Positions 46,961-60,000 of a DNA stretch of 64,000 nucleotides are shown here, piece after piece. The notes below the pieces were generated by a model. That model searched no databases. It was not told the origin of the DNA and saw nothing but the letters and a program-made list of their open reading frames with translations. The stretch's first letter is position 1; the number at the start of each line of letters is the position of its first letter. The translations under genes were made by a program, and so were the position numbers. Origin of the DNA: Klebsormidium nitens (Eukaryota > Plantae > Klebsormidiophyceae); contig DF236998.1 in the NCBI GenBank assembly GCA_000708835.1, positions 45,880-109,879 of the forward strand, written 5' to 3'.

Positions 46961-47252
46961 ATGCAAAACCGTCGCACCGTTTATGCCCGCAGACTCTAGA
47001 GAACTCTTCGCGGGGTTCAGAAATTGCCGCCGGCGGACCGTCGGACCAACAGAGGTACCAAGAGACGATACACGGTATATACCGGCTACAGGCCAAGTAC
47101 CCCGCCTCCCGCCTGCGCCGGCCACCCTCCTGCCTGCTCATTCAGATCCTGTCAAAGAGACACTGTGCACAGTGTGCACTGCTTGCTTGGGGCAGCCCAG
47201 AGGAGCAGATCATGCTTGCAGGTGCTGTTCCATAAGGCTCTTGCCTCCAGTA

Positions 47253-47810
47253 CAGTGTTAAGCATAACTTTTTGAATTGGGAGTCCTAGGACACCCTGCG
47301 GTGTGTCATTGGGCGTCTTTTGGACACCCCGGGGTTCTTGATTGGGTGTCCTCGGGTGTCCTGGCAGAGGACGCCTTTCAAGGCCCCTTTGGGTGTCCAA
47401 GTTGCCTCCGTGCAGACTTTGTCCCAGTCATGCCCCTCAACCAAGGGTCACACCGATTTTCGCCCCAGGAAAACTTTTTAGTAGCTAAAATAGCGCTGTA
47501 CCGACTCCGGTTGCTAGTGAGCTGCCCGTCACAAGGCGAGTACCGTCAGTGTTACAGGTCTGATACATAAAAGTATAGAAACTGATTAGGATATATCAGA
47601 AATCTACCAGATTATAAAGCAAGATTGGCCCCCTACTTTGTAATGGGGGCTGTAAATTGGGTCCAGGCGAGTCGGGCGATTGGGTGTCCTTGGGACCCCC
47701 TGACTTGGTCGAATGGGTGTCCCTCGGACACCCTTACGACCCCTTTTGGGGGTCCATTCCGACCATTGGGTGTCTTTTTACCTGAGAGGGGACACCCAAT
47801 CTTAACGCTG
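47253..47810. mobile_element. Non-autonomous hAT-family DNA transposon (MITE-like), 558 bp
   Basis: Exact 8-bp direct repeat CTCCAGTA at 47245-47252 and 47811-47818. Termini CAGTGTTAAG and CTTAACGCTG form a 9/10 inverted repeat that continues as ATTGGGwGTCC. About a dozen GGACACCC/GGGTGTCC-like subterminal motifs occur in both orientations. Confidence 0.85.
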
Positions 47811-47932
47811 CTCCAGTACGTGGCAGAGTAGCCCAGGAATTCGCGGGAGAGGTCGGGCCATCATTACGCAGGGCTCATTATCTGTGTTCGAGACCTTTGA
47901 AAAAGAATTCTGAGTGCCTGAAGACTGAAACG

Positions 47933-48703
47933 ATGGCGGATCCGCGCATTGCTCGCATCAGCAATGCTATCCGCGCTATTCCGGATTTCCCGAAAAAAGG
48001 CATCATGTTTCGCGACATCACCACCCTGCTCCTGGATCCAGCAGCCTTTCAGGATTCCATTGACCTCTTTGTCGCCCGCTACAAGGATCAGGGCATCCAG
48101 GTGGTGGCAGGGATCGAGGCTCGCGGCTTCATCTTTGGCCCTCCCCTGGCCCTGGCGTTGGGTGCCAAGTTTGTGCCGTTGCGAAAGCCGCGAAAGCTCC
48201 CAGGTCCAACCGTTGGTGTGGACTACTCGCTCGAGTACGGCACCGACCGGATCGAGATGCACGTGGGCGCGGTGCAGGCGGGGGAGCGCGTTGTCATCAT
48301 CGACGACCTCATTGCCACGGGGGGCACCATGGGAGCAGGCATCGCGCTCATCGACCAAGCTGGGGGCAAGGTCGTGGAGACGGCGTGTCTGATCGAGCTC
48401 ACAGATCTAAAGGTGAGTTAACATGGACAGGATCAAAGGGGTGGTTGCTGCGCCACCTTTCTGGAGCAAGCTGCACTAGATTGCATGCAGTTTGCTTCTG
48501 CTTCGAGACGTGGCACCCTCGTCGAGTGGTGCACCACGGTCCTCAAGCGGGACCTGTCTGTGCTCAATTGTCCTGCAAGGTTGCTGCGCACACCAGTCTT
48601 CTTCTGGCAGCTCACATCTACTTCCCGACACGTGCTCGTGCAGGGCCGTGAGAAGCTCGGGAACACTCCACTCTTTGTCTTGGTCGAGTACGAAGGGGAG
48701 TAA
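47933..48703 (+). CDS. APT: Adenine phosphoribosyltransferase, 179 aa; exons 47933-48412, 48644-48703
   Basis: IPDFPKKGIMFRDITTLL, AGIEARGFIFG, LRKPRKLPG, SLEYGTD, PRPP-binding VIIDDLIATGGT; single GT-AG intron. Confidence 0.96.
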
Positions 48704-49050
48704 GGGCTGGTTTGAATAGTTGAAATAACAAGGTGCTATGCATTCTCATCAGCATTATACTGACAATGTTGTAAAGCTGTCTTGCTTGGCTGATTACGTT
48801 ATTACTTTTTTGTTCAAATGTCTATGGAGACAGCTATCCAATGGCGCTGGAATTCAAATCATTTTCAAAACACACTGGACAACGACTCTGAGAGTTAGAA
48901 GTCGGCAAAATGTATTGAAAACTTATGGTTGATATCTTAGACACTGGCAGCTGATTGTATCCATTAAAACAATTGTTTGATAAAGCGTAAATCGTGACTC
49001 TGAGACCCGGTCTATCACTTGTATGTTGTCAATTGATTTGCTTTGTCTCT

Positions 49051-49365
49051 CTTTGGCAATGGAGAGCCTTTCCGGCTACAAGCCTTTCTGGCAATGGAGA
49101 GCCTTTCTGGCTACAAGCCTTTCTGGCAATGGAGAGCCCTTCCGGCAAGAATTCTGGCAATGGGGAGCCTTTCTGGCAATGGAGAGCCTTTCCGGCTACA
49201 AGCCTTTCGGGCAATGGGGACCCCTTCCGGCTACAAGCCTTTCTGGCAATGGGGAGCCCTTTCGGCTAGAAGCCTTTCTGGCAATGGGGAGCCCTTCCAG
49301 CTAAAAGCCTCTTTGGCACTGGGAGAGTCTTTCTGGCTACAAGCCTTTCGGCGACTGAGAGCCTT
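49051..49365. repeat. 35-bp minisatellite, about 9 degenerate copies
   Basis: Unit CTGGCAATGGAGAGCCTTTCCGGCTACAAGCCTTT, built from related 19-nt and 16-nt subunits. Confidence 0.9.
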
Positions 49366-51093
49366 GCTGGCTAGAGCAATGGGCTGAGGTCTTCCTAGCC
49401 TCTCGCTTCCATGCCCTGCTACAGCAGCTAGCTTCCTGTTAAAGCTCTCTCAATTCTGCGACCTCGGCTTAACACCTTTATCTTTTTGGAGTTAGCCCAT
49501 GGCTCAGTGCATTCTGACAACACGAGTTTATCAAAGCACACCGGCCTGTAGCCCGGATCCTGATGCCTTTTCGGCTCCACTTGGCTTTCACCATTGTTGA
49601 ATAGCCCGCTGGTAAGAAGCCTTTTTTGGCAGTTCGTCTCCTCCATTAACTCATGTGAGGGGGTCTCGACAGACCCGAGTGGCGTCCAAGCTTCAAGTTC
49701 TTCAATCGGGACTTGTCTGGGAGATTCTGCGGTCGCTTGGCTTTGTCCACTGTAACCTTTTGGCATCCAGCTAGCTCGTTTGCTGAGTCCGCGGTGCGGC
49801 AGGTCTGTTTACTGCACTTCAACCACCAGCTTCAAGTTTCCTAGCTGGAACGTCTTGCTCTTGTATCCAGCTTTCATAATTGCGGAAGAAAGTTGCAGTC
49901 AGTTTGGTACCTTTCCAGCTCTTCGATATATACGCCTGCACTTGTTGAGTCTGCATGCTCTGCATACAGTCTCTACATGCCTCTTTTGAGTGACCTCCAT
50001 CATTGCACTCAATTGTGGTAAAGTGGCTTGCGGCTTGTGCTATGGAATATCCTCGGATGAATTGAGTATACTGGTACGTTGGCTCCGCTCCAACAAGTTG
50101 ATTGCCTGCTTGCGAGCACAACACCTTCCTGACTGGTACTGCCGGACCCAACGACACTGCAACAATCGTTGACCCTGAGTTAAGAGCTGCCACGACTAGA
50201 CTGCTAAACACGGGCATTGCATGACAAGGGACGCTGTTCAAGCAATCAAGGCGTTTTGATGCATCCGTCCTACATAGGCTGGGTAGTGTGAGCTAAGTAG
50301 TAGGTTGGATCATACGGTGTCACGTTATAGTCATGCTATAGAGGGAGGGTTGATAGAGCTTGGACCAGACGTAGATTCATTGTACCTATACTAGTACTAC
50401 GTCGCTCGCTCAAGTACGAAGCGTGTCGAATTCAGTGCAGTAAGATCTTGCATATGCAGGTAGTGCAAAGAGCTTGTGAATCGGATAAACACAGCCCTAT
50501 AACCCGATATGTACGTACTCAATCAAGCCCCATGCTAAGTTCGGTACGGGCTTTATAATGTGATATATGTATCCCCCTTCTTGGCGCCGGCGGGATTAAT
50601 TGTAGCTACCTAATTTACCTCCGTGGCAGTCTAATCATTACTAACGATGCACGACAGTGAACAATACAAAGATGCACATGGACGTCCTTGTCAATGCTTG
50701 AAATTGCCGAATGTGTAGTATCGAGAGCAAGTTGCTTTTAGGCGACAGATCGACCTGATCGATCTTAGGCGGCCTATATAAATAATCCCGCCGTGCCAGC
50801 CACCATCATGCGAGACACGTGTAGTGGGCGGACGCCATTCAAGACGAAAGATGCACATACTACAATGGGCTGTTGCAAGAACGGCTTTGGTACAACTTAG
50901 CATGCGAGCTTGCCTTAGTGCCTCCCAAACGGAAGCATCCACAACGATCTGAAGGGGTATAGAGTTTGGCAATGAGCCAATGACATAGCCGGGTCCTAGC
51001 ACTTGGCTTGCTCAAGACATTGAGCCGTAATTCTCACCTTACTCATGCTCCGCTCCTGATTGTACTCCTATGTGCCTCTTGGAATGTCGAGCC

Positions 51094-54000
51094 TCAAAGC
51101 TCGGCGGCCGTTTCAGTATCTTCTTGTCGTTGGTTACCTTTTTCCTCCAAATTATCACTTTGAATCTCTTCAACGCTCCCGCTGTCCAGCTTCTTGTCTC
51201 TTGCCGTGGTCGGCGGATCTTCCGATCCAGCCACGTCATCAAACTCGCCGGCTTCCACCCTGTCGGTCAGGCGTCGTTGCTCCTCATCAAGAGCGGGCCA
51301 CTCCGCCACAATGCGCCGAGCAGCCTGTACAGTCACAAACGAAAAGAGATTACGAAGTTAACGAAATGTTAACGAAAAATCAGTGGAGCAGAAAACCCTT
51401 TGCCCAAACTAGTCAGGTTTAGGAGACGGCACGAGGTCGTTCTAAGCGCATTTCGAAGGCAAGTTAAACCCGCATGTGCTTGAAAGGAGAGCTGGAGCAG
51501 CCGCTCCGTTGCAGTGTGCCCTAGTAGCCTGCATGTTCAAGGTTTAGGAACGCGCAGGAAAATCGTGGCGGGGATTGAATTCATAAGCGCATGACCAGGC
51601 TTGGCTAACCAGAGAAGTTCTGCGGTGCTGGGGCTGTAAAATGGCGTGTAACCATTCGCTAACCAGGATCAGTCGAAAGCAAACCTACCACGACGTTCGG
51701 GACAGATTTTCCGGGCGTCAAGTAAGGGCCTCGAAGCTCGGGGAAGATGTCATCCTTGTGAGTTGTCCGTCCGTTAGGTTAGGACAGGGCTTGTTGAAAC
51801 AGCAGATAACCCATCGTCCCACACGCTCCTCTTAAAAGGGCACCAACTAGAGTGAGAGTTTGCGATCATGCGACATGTTCTGAAAGGGACATTCAGAGAG
51901 AGGCCGCACCTCTAGTTTCGGCTCCTTGGTCATGGGGTTGTTGCACAAGTCAATTGTCTTGGCCTGCGCCTTGGTGGCGTTGCCGCACCACGACTCGCAC
52001 CACAGCCACTCGCGGGGCAGCGAGTAAATGGGCACCATGTGTTGCGCGTAGTTGGGCAGATCCTGAAAAGAAGCCGTAATAAAGTTTGGGGACGAAGCTC
52101 TGTGATGGAGCTAGATGGACGTAATCAACCCTGTTGTTTAGCGGCAGTTTGAGAGCGAGAGGGTGCTGGATGCTGAGCAATTCTTGGTCAAAACGCAGGA
52201 TGAAACAGTGCAAGGATGAAGGCCGGAAGCGCTATGGCGAAACTGCAAGCACGCACGCATTTGGGAAAATGGAGACTCTCAATTCTACTAACTCGAAAAA
52301 TCCACGACGATCATAATTTCTGGTGCTTTATCGGTCTCGGGTTGCAACAAGCAACACTGCTCCAAGAGAAGGAAGACTCGGTTGAATTTGGTTTCGTAAA
52401 ATGATGCAAGTCAAAGTTTGAATTCTGGTGATAGCCTTGACTTCAGCCCTAGGTTTACCTGATCAAGATTGGCCAAGCTGTTGGGGTCCTTGCTCAAGCT
52501 CTCGTAGAAGACGCGCAAATGATCGCCCGCAGCCATCCGACGGAAACGCGCCAGATCGACCACATACAGAGCGCTACACGGCATACAAAACGAACCAATG
52601 AGCATTCACTAGATACAGACTGTCTGAGTTTCACCCAACGAAGGTGCAATCTCTTATGTGTGCGCATGATAGTCACCGCTCACATTTCTCGGGCAACAGT
52701 GAGTTCAGTGCTTTTTCTACGACTCCTTGGACAGCTCTGGTATATTAGAAGCATCAAAGAGCAACCCCCACGGAGCAACAGCCGCAGTGATTTCTGATTA
52801 CCGCTAACTGAATTATGAAGCCTGCAGATACGGCCGGGCCAAATAGCCTTCTGGCCTTCGTTGCAAGCAGACCACAGCTCACCTGATGTGATATGGCTTG
52901 CCCTGAAGGTGGTCCTTCCAAAAGCCCTGCATGAAGAACCAAAGAATTGGATTGACTGCAGCAACGTGTATACAACAAAGCGGACTGTAATGGAGCGCCA
53001 CCTTTTAAAGGCCTCTGCTGGTGTCTGCCTGTGCCGAATGAGTTGCAGCGAGCAGTCGCATGTTCTCGACAAACGTAGCAGTCCATCAAAGATCACGTAC
53101 GTCGTCTCATACCCAGAAAAGGAATGACGTTGATGAACACTATGGAAGAGGGTACCACCGCCTCAAACGGACGGCTTCTGCACGCTCGAACACCAAAATC
53201 TGTACGCCGTTCGGGCGCTCTAAGAGAGCGTCAGATGGCTCTCAAGCTCCGGACCTGATCAGCCGACACCTTTCGGACGCCCAAAACAACAATCTAAGCC
53301 GATCCGACGCTCGAACGGATGATGCGGACGGCTGCCGGACGCACCTGCTTCCAGAAGCGGAATCCGTCCATGTCCTTGTTGTTATCGCAGAAGGGGGTGT
53401 ACGCGAGCGGTGCGCCCTTAAGGTCCATGTCGTACAGTTCCGCCATGTCCGTGCGGACGACCTGGTCCGCGTCCACGAAGATGACCTGGGGACAGAATAA
53501 TGAGCGTCCGTATGCGTCCAGATCTTTCCAGCCTTCCGGTTTTGAAAGGCCTGAACCTCTTCAAATAACTGGAACCTCTGCAGTTTGTGGCTCCGCCAGG
53601 TCGTGCGGACGACCTGGTCCGCGTCCACAATACGACCTGCGGACGGAAAAATGAGCGTCCGGATGCGTTTTGAAACTCTTCAGCCTTCGGTTTTCAGATT
53701 TTTGATTTCTGGGAAAATTGCATCCCTGTGATATGTCGTACAGCTCCCCAGGTCCGTGCGGACGACCTGGTCCGCGACCACGAAGATGACCTGCGGACGG
53801 AATATAGGGCGTCCAAACCGGTCCGTATCTTTCCCAGCCTTTGAGATCTGGGATTCTGGGAGTTCTGAAATGTTTTGAAATTTTGAAAACGTACACCTCC
53901 GCCAGGTCCGCGCGAACGACCTCGTTCGCGTCCACAAAATATGACTCGCGGACCAAATGCTTCCAGCCTTTGATTTCTATAAATTTCTGACATATCGAGA

Positions 54001-57000
54001 ATGCTTGGGATCTCAGGCTATGCCGTTTAGCTCCGCCAGCACATGCCGTCCACAGAAATGCCCTGCGGACATGAGATAGCGTCCGAATGCGTCTGACAGC
54101 GAACGTTTGGCACTTTTACGAGCGTACCCAGGAAAACCTTACGGCGTTTCGGTGTCATGGGACTGGCAAGGGAGCAGGCTCCTAAAGCCGCTGCTTTTGT
54201 CAGTTCTTTTAGGGCTCCAAATGGCTCCAAGTGCAAGCGGTCAGCTCCAACCGTCGGAGTAGTCATTGATTACTGACCGAACTTCAGCTGACGCAACTGC
54301 AACACTCTTGATCACATCCAGCAGAATACAACGATGCCAATATATCCTATTTGAACGTCGCTGTCTCACAAACAATATCCCCGGTATTCAGAAATTCCGT
54401 TTCCCAGAGCAGAGCCTAACTTCCCTGCCGGATCCACACAGCGAGTTCAGCTTCCAGCCTCCCCTTCCCCCACAAGACCAACGTCGTGAAAGGCCAACTG
54501 GGTCACAAAACGGCGTGACTCGGAGTCTGACGTCAGCGGGTGACGTGGCGCACCTTCTTGAGGTCGAGAGGGAAGAGGACGTCGAGGAAGAGGATCTTGT
54601 ACGCCCAGATGATGCGCTGCTTCTCCGTCTGCTTGTGCAGCCACGACGGCCACTTGTACGTCACCAGCGCGTACTCAAACCCGTACTCGCGCGCCATGTG
54701 CGGGATGAAGTCCTGCAGAGCAGATAATATGGGTATTAAAAGTTTCCAGAACTCTGGACCTGATGTATCTTGAGTGTTATCGGGGCCCATTAAAACCTGG
54801 AGCAAAGCCAGAGAAGAAACCATCTCACCGTGTTCGCTTATTGGAAAAGCGAACAAAGGAAAGCAACAAGAAGCTGCTTGAGTGTAGCAGGTGGAGTCGA
54901 GAGGACCCCTTTTCTCTTAGCAGCATCGTAGAAATCCTCAAAGATGGAAGTCCAGGATTGTCAAAAGGAGTGAATAGCAGAGGTCGGTTGAGCGATAACG
55001 GACGTCGCTGACGGTTTTAGCCGACATTGTTGTCAATCATTATCAAGGCAATTGCTTCTGACGCAAACGCATGAGGAGTGTGAAGCTCGCTGCGGGGGCC
55101 CATATCGTCCGACGTTTCACCTGATGAATGCGCTTAGAGCTTCGTTGAACTCAATGGTAACACGGTCTTGGAGATTGGCTTCAAGCTCGATTCTTGGCGA
55201 AACTAATTCTCATTGAACCCGAATTTGACAAACCGCTTCTTCTAAGCTTCTCCATCTGATACTTTGAGCTTCGCAGATGCAACACGAATCATTGGACCTC
55301 ACCTTGAAGCGGGGCGAGAGGTAGTTCTTGATGAACCAGAACTTGACGGGCCGCTGCGTTTGCTTAATGACGCTGAGCACCATAATCTTCATCAGCCGCT
55401 CGTACAGGTGTCCGCTCGCCACCGCAAACACGTGGATCGTCTCGTTGGACGCCGCGGGGGCGACCACCGTCGATGCGAGCTCCTCTCCCTGCGAAGAACA
55501 GAGTCAAGACTCGAAATGTATTTAAAGGGCAGGTTTAGTGAAGCTTTAGGTAGTGCAAAACGTTGATCGTCTCGTTCGACGCTGCCAGAGCGACCGCCGT
55601 CGCTGCGAGCTCCTCTCCTGCGTACATTGATTGCAAAAGGTCAGTCTTCGTGTGAGATTGGCAAGGTGAGTCTGTGAGTTTTGCGAACGGATGAACTGTC
55701 TCGTTTGACGGCGCACGGGCGACCTTTTTTGATGCAAGCTCCTCTCCCTGCACAGGGACAAGGGGCCAAAGAGAAGATCGGCTCTTTGGAAACAAGGACA
55801 AACAATACTTTGAAGAACAACTCAAATGTCAAAAGAAGACCAAGTGCAGGGGCAGGACCAAATGCTTGAGTACAAAGCGAAGAACGCTTCGTTGAATGCA
55901 GAACGATGGCCGTTGCTGCGAGCTCCTTTTTCCAGAGAAGGGCAGAGGGTTTGAGCGCCGTTGATACAAGGTTGAAACCAAGTCAAGAGTCCGGCAGCGC
56001 AAAGGACAGGATCGTTCCGTCGGACGCTATGAAGGCGACTGCGCTACAATCGACTCCTCTTCTCGCTAAGACAAAGTTGTAGCATTCTGACAAATGTAGC
56101 AAGGAAAACAGATTGGCCCACCGTGCATCCCAGTCCCGCCCCTTTTCTATCTCATTCGCAAATTTAGAATCAGTACAAATACATACCTTCGATTGCAGCC
56201 ACTTCTTGGCCTGCCCCAGCACCGTCCCCCACTTGGACCCCTCCCCGGCTTCCGACGCACCCCCCGGTTTCGAAACCCCCCCCTTGCCATCCTCCTCGTC
56301 CGCCTCCAACAGCTTCTCCTTCTCTCTCCCGGCGCGCTTTGTCACCCCCATGTGCAACAACTTTCCCCTGAAATCGCTCACCACCACCTCCATGCTCTCC
56401 CCCCCTCCGTATTCCCCCTGCCCGGCCCCCCCCCAGAGCGTACAACTCCGTCGAGCGCCCGGGCACGAGCGACAAGTTCCACACCCCGGGGGCGGCCTTC
56501 AGCTGAAAGTAGCCCAGGTTCGCCATCACGATCGTATCCACCATAAACGGCGACTTTTCTCCCTCCCCTAGTTTCTGCCCGCTGCCGAGCGCGAGTTGCA
56601 GCCCACGGGGGGGCTCCCGCGTCTTCGAATCGAAGCAGTGCCCCGTCAGCATCAGCGCTTCCAGCTCGTAGACCGCGTGCATCGACCGCGATTCGCCGAG
56701 CTGTTCGAGTCGAAGGTTGTCTAGGTCGTACGGAGCCTGCACGGCTTCGACGAGCCACGGCTCGGGGACGTCTAGGTTGAAGGTGAGCGTGCGGGAGGGG
56801 GGGAGGTGGGAGAAGGAGACAGCTGGGGGGGCGGGAGAGGGGGCGTCAAGGCGCGAGGGAGCGGCGTACCTGCGGAAAAGAGCGATCAATAAGTGTTTAC
56901 AATGTGGGCAACCATAAGTGGTTTCAGAGTGCACAGCTTCCGCTGGATTCCTCGTGCCTGGATGCTTGGAACGAAAGCCTGAACACACCTCTTGCCGGAA

Positions 57001-60000
57001 ACAAACATGCCAAGGTATGATCGCAACAGACGGGCAAGAAACGAAGAAAGGTCGGAAGGCCAGAGTAATGATGAGTGCAATGCCTGCAAGACTAAACCTT
57101 AGAAGTCTGTAAGCAACGCCACAGAAAAGCAGATTGGAACGACAACATGAAGCTTCAAGCGTAAATTGCATAAAACCTCTATGACTTCAAACCAGTAGTA
57201 AAAGGGACGTGCATCTTTAGCCCTCTGAGCACGAGCACTTTCTGTCAATTACAAAGAAGTAAAAATTCAACCTCAGACGCATACGCCCATTCTGCAAAGC
57301 AAATCCAAACGCTTACGTCCATCCTGCGAAGCGAATCCAAGCCCGAACCGCTCACCTGTAGAAGTTCTTGAGCGGGATGTCTGAGAGCCCACTGACCGGA
57401 TTCAGGATTATCCTGATGCTCGGGTTTAGCCACTCGTGCAGCAGCACCAACAATGACGTCAGCTTCTGCGCCGACGGGCTCAGCGGGTCGACCACCGCCT
57501 CGATGCTGATCGACGACGAGGGATCCCCCTCCAATACGATCGCGCTGTGCCGCGTCTTCAGCAGCCCGAAGTTGGCGGTCCCGCCCGCAGCGCGCTTCCG
57601 CGCCGCCAACGCTGACGTCACCCCGAGGATGACGTCACTCAGGAAGTCGCTGGTGAGGTCGTCGGGCTCGACGTCAGAAAATTCGGCGTCCTCGATGATG
57701 AGCAGAACCTTCTCGGCGCGCGCGCGCAGTTCTAGGCTCTCGAGGAGCGAGAAGTCGTCGGCGTGCAGCGCAGGGGCCGAGTCGGGGAGCGCCGTGACGC
57801 GCCCGTTCGTGACCACTGCGCTGGTGCCACGTGGCAGCCCCAGGACGTCCTCGCAGAATCGACGATGATCCTCTAGCATTTGTGAAAGTGATGCGGGTTC
57901 GGTAAGTGACGACCGGAGGTCGGCTTCACGCAGGCCGGCCTCTGCTGCGAGGCGCAGGACAAAGTCGGTGGTCTCTGTGGAGACGGGGCCGGTAGCAGAG
58001 CGGAGCGACTCTACAAGGGCGCCGCTGGAAAGGAGGCGCTGGAGGAAGGGGACGATCTTCTGACGCCGGCTGGGGACCTGCACAGCGAGCAAGCAAAATA
58101 GCGAACCAGCCACTTCTTTGTGGTTTTTGAGTACTTTTTCGAGCAATAGACATTTGCTCGAAAACGCCATGTATGATTAGACTGAAGCTGCCAATATATG
58201 CAGATGAGGAGACATAGCGGTCCTGCTACAGGTGTCCCTCTCGGAACCTGCGCGGAGCTTGAAGACTTTCCGTATCCAGCTGTATCGTACTGAAGAATGG
58301 AAAAATGTTTCTCTCAACTCTGAAAGTTCCGTGGATCGAACTTCCCCATCAACAGAGATCCCGGATGGTTCACTTGTTGCAGAAAGACGGGTCAACATTG
58401 CGAATAGGATCAAATTCCTACCTGAAGCGCCGCAAGTACGACCCTCTCCAGCGCCCCTGGCTCGCCCTCCCCGTTCAACAGCACCGCCAGCCGCGCTTGC
58501 GCCGAGTCAGCGCCTGCCACGTGTCCCACAGCCTGCTTCAAAACCCCCAAGCCCCTCTTCCCGCCCAGGTTAGCGACAACCCAGTGCGTAACCGGCTTAA
58601 CGTCATCAGCAGTCCCGGGGTGGTGCAGGTACGAAATGAACCGGGTTTGGTCGGCTACCGAGCCCGCCAGAGAGACGTAACGCTCGGAGGCGTCCGAGGG
58701 CTGGGCGTTACGCTTGAGAATGAGCGGGGAGTAGCGGGGCTGGCTCCCGGAGTGGAGCACGTATTCGAGGATGTTCATGCGCTCTTTCAGGCGGCCGTAG
58801 TAGTACTCTTGCTGGATGTATTGAGTCTCCTCCTGCAGTTAAGTTGAGCAATTAGAATCAGGGTAAGGTTTATAAGGAAACTAGGGCTGTAGATGGTTCC
58901 CTTACTGGATCTGAACGAGGAAACTCAGATGGTCCAAGCTGCAAGCTAAGAGGCTCACGCCATCAGAGGGGTCAGCTTGTTGGTGGTGCATTTGAGAGCG
59001 AGTATCGTGGTCCGACCTACCGAATCTGCTGCAATCATTTGGCGAGGAGACTATCTCCCTACAAGTATGGCGCTGATCTTGACTTAAGGCGACCCGCAAG
59101 AGCCATTTCCTCACATCTGGTCTTCAAGATATTACAAGGCTTTCATCGTATCATATGTCCGGTGCAAGGTCTTCAATGATCTAGCGATAGAACCAAAGAT
59201 CAGAACCTTACAAGCCAACAAATTTGGAACACCGAGCGAAGACTCTGAAATAGGACACAAACGTACCTGGATTGCCTGCACCAGTGTCGCCTGGACGTCT
59301 CCCGCAGGATGCACCTTCCCGTTCATCAGCATCACCGGCGCCGCGGCCGCCAGCCCCTTTTTGTGGGCGAACTCCGTACCCGCTAGGCTTCCCTCCCTGT
59401 ACGTTTCCCCATGGATGCCCGCTAGAAAGTCTCCCAGATTCTTCCTCTTGACGCTGCCCCTGGTCTGCCGCACCAACGCGGCATAAGCCGCCTCGACGTG
59501 GGCGAGGGTGAGCGGGGAGTCGTTGCTGACGTCATCGGTGAAGTCATCGAACTCGTCAGCGTCGCCGCCCCATGCGCGGGCCAACTCGGCCAAGAACCTG
59601 CAGCAAGGAGTGTAAGGATAAGAGTAGTGTCTCCACAATGTTTGTGTCTGGGTGAAGCTGAGCCTGCTTTTGGTAACACTTGAAGCTCCTCCTTACTTCA
59701 GTTGCAATGGTCGTTTTCTTGTTAAGAATTATGATCCAGGAGAGCGGCAGACGTTCTTGGTGGTGAGAAGACACACTAAAAGTATTGGCAAAGGCTAGTG
59801 CCCCACACAGCTGGCCACCTCCATTGCCCGTCCCCCTTTGATTGCGTCAAAAGCAAATAATCGCCGTATGAATCACGTTCCATCGATGAAACCTCCTGAA
59901 AAAGATCATCTCAGCTCACGTGCACTGCTTGGACCACTTCGAGCTCCTGTTCCAGACTCAAACCACTCTGCATCAACATGTTGGACATCTAAAAAACTGT

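Noticed and set aside
46953-47141. MSRQEGGRRRREAG as RRP7 exon 1
   Set aside because: Phase-compatible with an acceptor at 46638 but unsupported by homology; left unresolved.
49051-49365. CRISPR-like array or repeat-protein ORFs (48994-49387)
   Set aside because: No unique spacers, eukaryotic context, and the ORFs in all three frames are a by-product of a stop-free 35-bp unit.
50583-50798. 11-bp perfect inverted repeat CGGCGGGATTA / TAATCCCGCCG about 185 bp apart
   Set aside because: Too short and no TSD; cannot be distinguished from chance without a copy search.
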